A stretch of DNA of 64,000 nucleotides, taken from positions 2,248,907 to 2,312,906 of the forward strand of contig CAVNZM010000001.1 in the NCBI GenBank assembly GCA_963693365.1. Reading direction: 5' to 3'. Made by a program: the position numbers and the translations under genes. This DNA is from Amoebidium appalachense. Its lineage: Eukaryota > Protista > Ichthyosporea. How positions within the stretch are numbered: position 1 is the stretch's first letter; the number at the start of each line of letters is the position of its first letter. Below, piece after piece: positions 63,814 through 64,000 of this stretch. Under the pieces are notes generated by a model. It was not told where the DNA came from, ran no database searches, and saw only the letters and a list, made by a program, of their open reading frames with translations.

Positions 63814-64000
63814 AAAAAAGTCACATACAGCGACGAAGGCGGTGTGAAAAAAGAAAACGGACCCAGGGATCGTTAGGTGTTGATTGGGGACGTGTGTGAT
63901 TGTTTGGATGCGTATGTGTGCGTGTGTTTGGGGTGGGGCAAATAGTACGACTGGTAAAGAAAGCACAATACAGTGCAATACAAAGATGCACGATCATTTT

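Overview
Eukaryotic, intron-rich genomic DNA saturated with poly(G)/poly(C), (CA)n and (GA)n tracts; most ORF-track entries are low-complexity artefacts. Splicing exons by hand (GT/GC-AG, phase-checked where stated) gives six host protein genes: a bZIP transcription factor (-), GSKIP (+), neugrin/Rrg9 (-), a Cro/lambda-repressor-like HTH protein (-), phosphoenolpyruvate carboxylase (-) and a partial PPR-like gene (-), plus tRNA-Arg(UCG). GSKIP and neugrin/Rrg9 suggest an opisthokont, possibly a unicellular holozoan (inference only). Mobile DNA: a nested cluster at about 27.9-36.9 kb (Copia fragment, old Gypsy remnant, and a LINE interrupted by a Gypsy element with a GCGAA TSD), a 6.07-kb TIR transposon with an 8-bp TSD carrying an OTU protease + CXC gene, a poly(A)-tailed LINE fragment in a PEPC intron, and at least nine copies of a 5'-truncated retroposon family whose 3' end always abuts a poly(C) tract. 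Best candidates for novel biology: (1) this poly(C)-tailed or poly(G:C)-targeting non-LTR family; (2) the Gypsy element's non-canonical primer site (tRNA 5' fragment versus self-priming) and its two near-identical in-frame UAG contexts; (3) the OTU-CXC transposon; (4) an NLS-bearing PEPC in a probable opisthokont.
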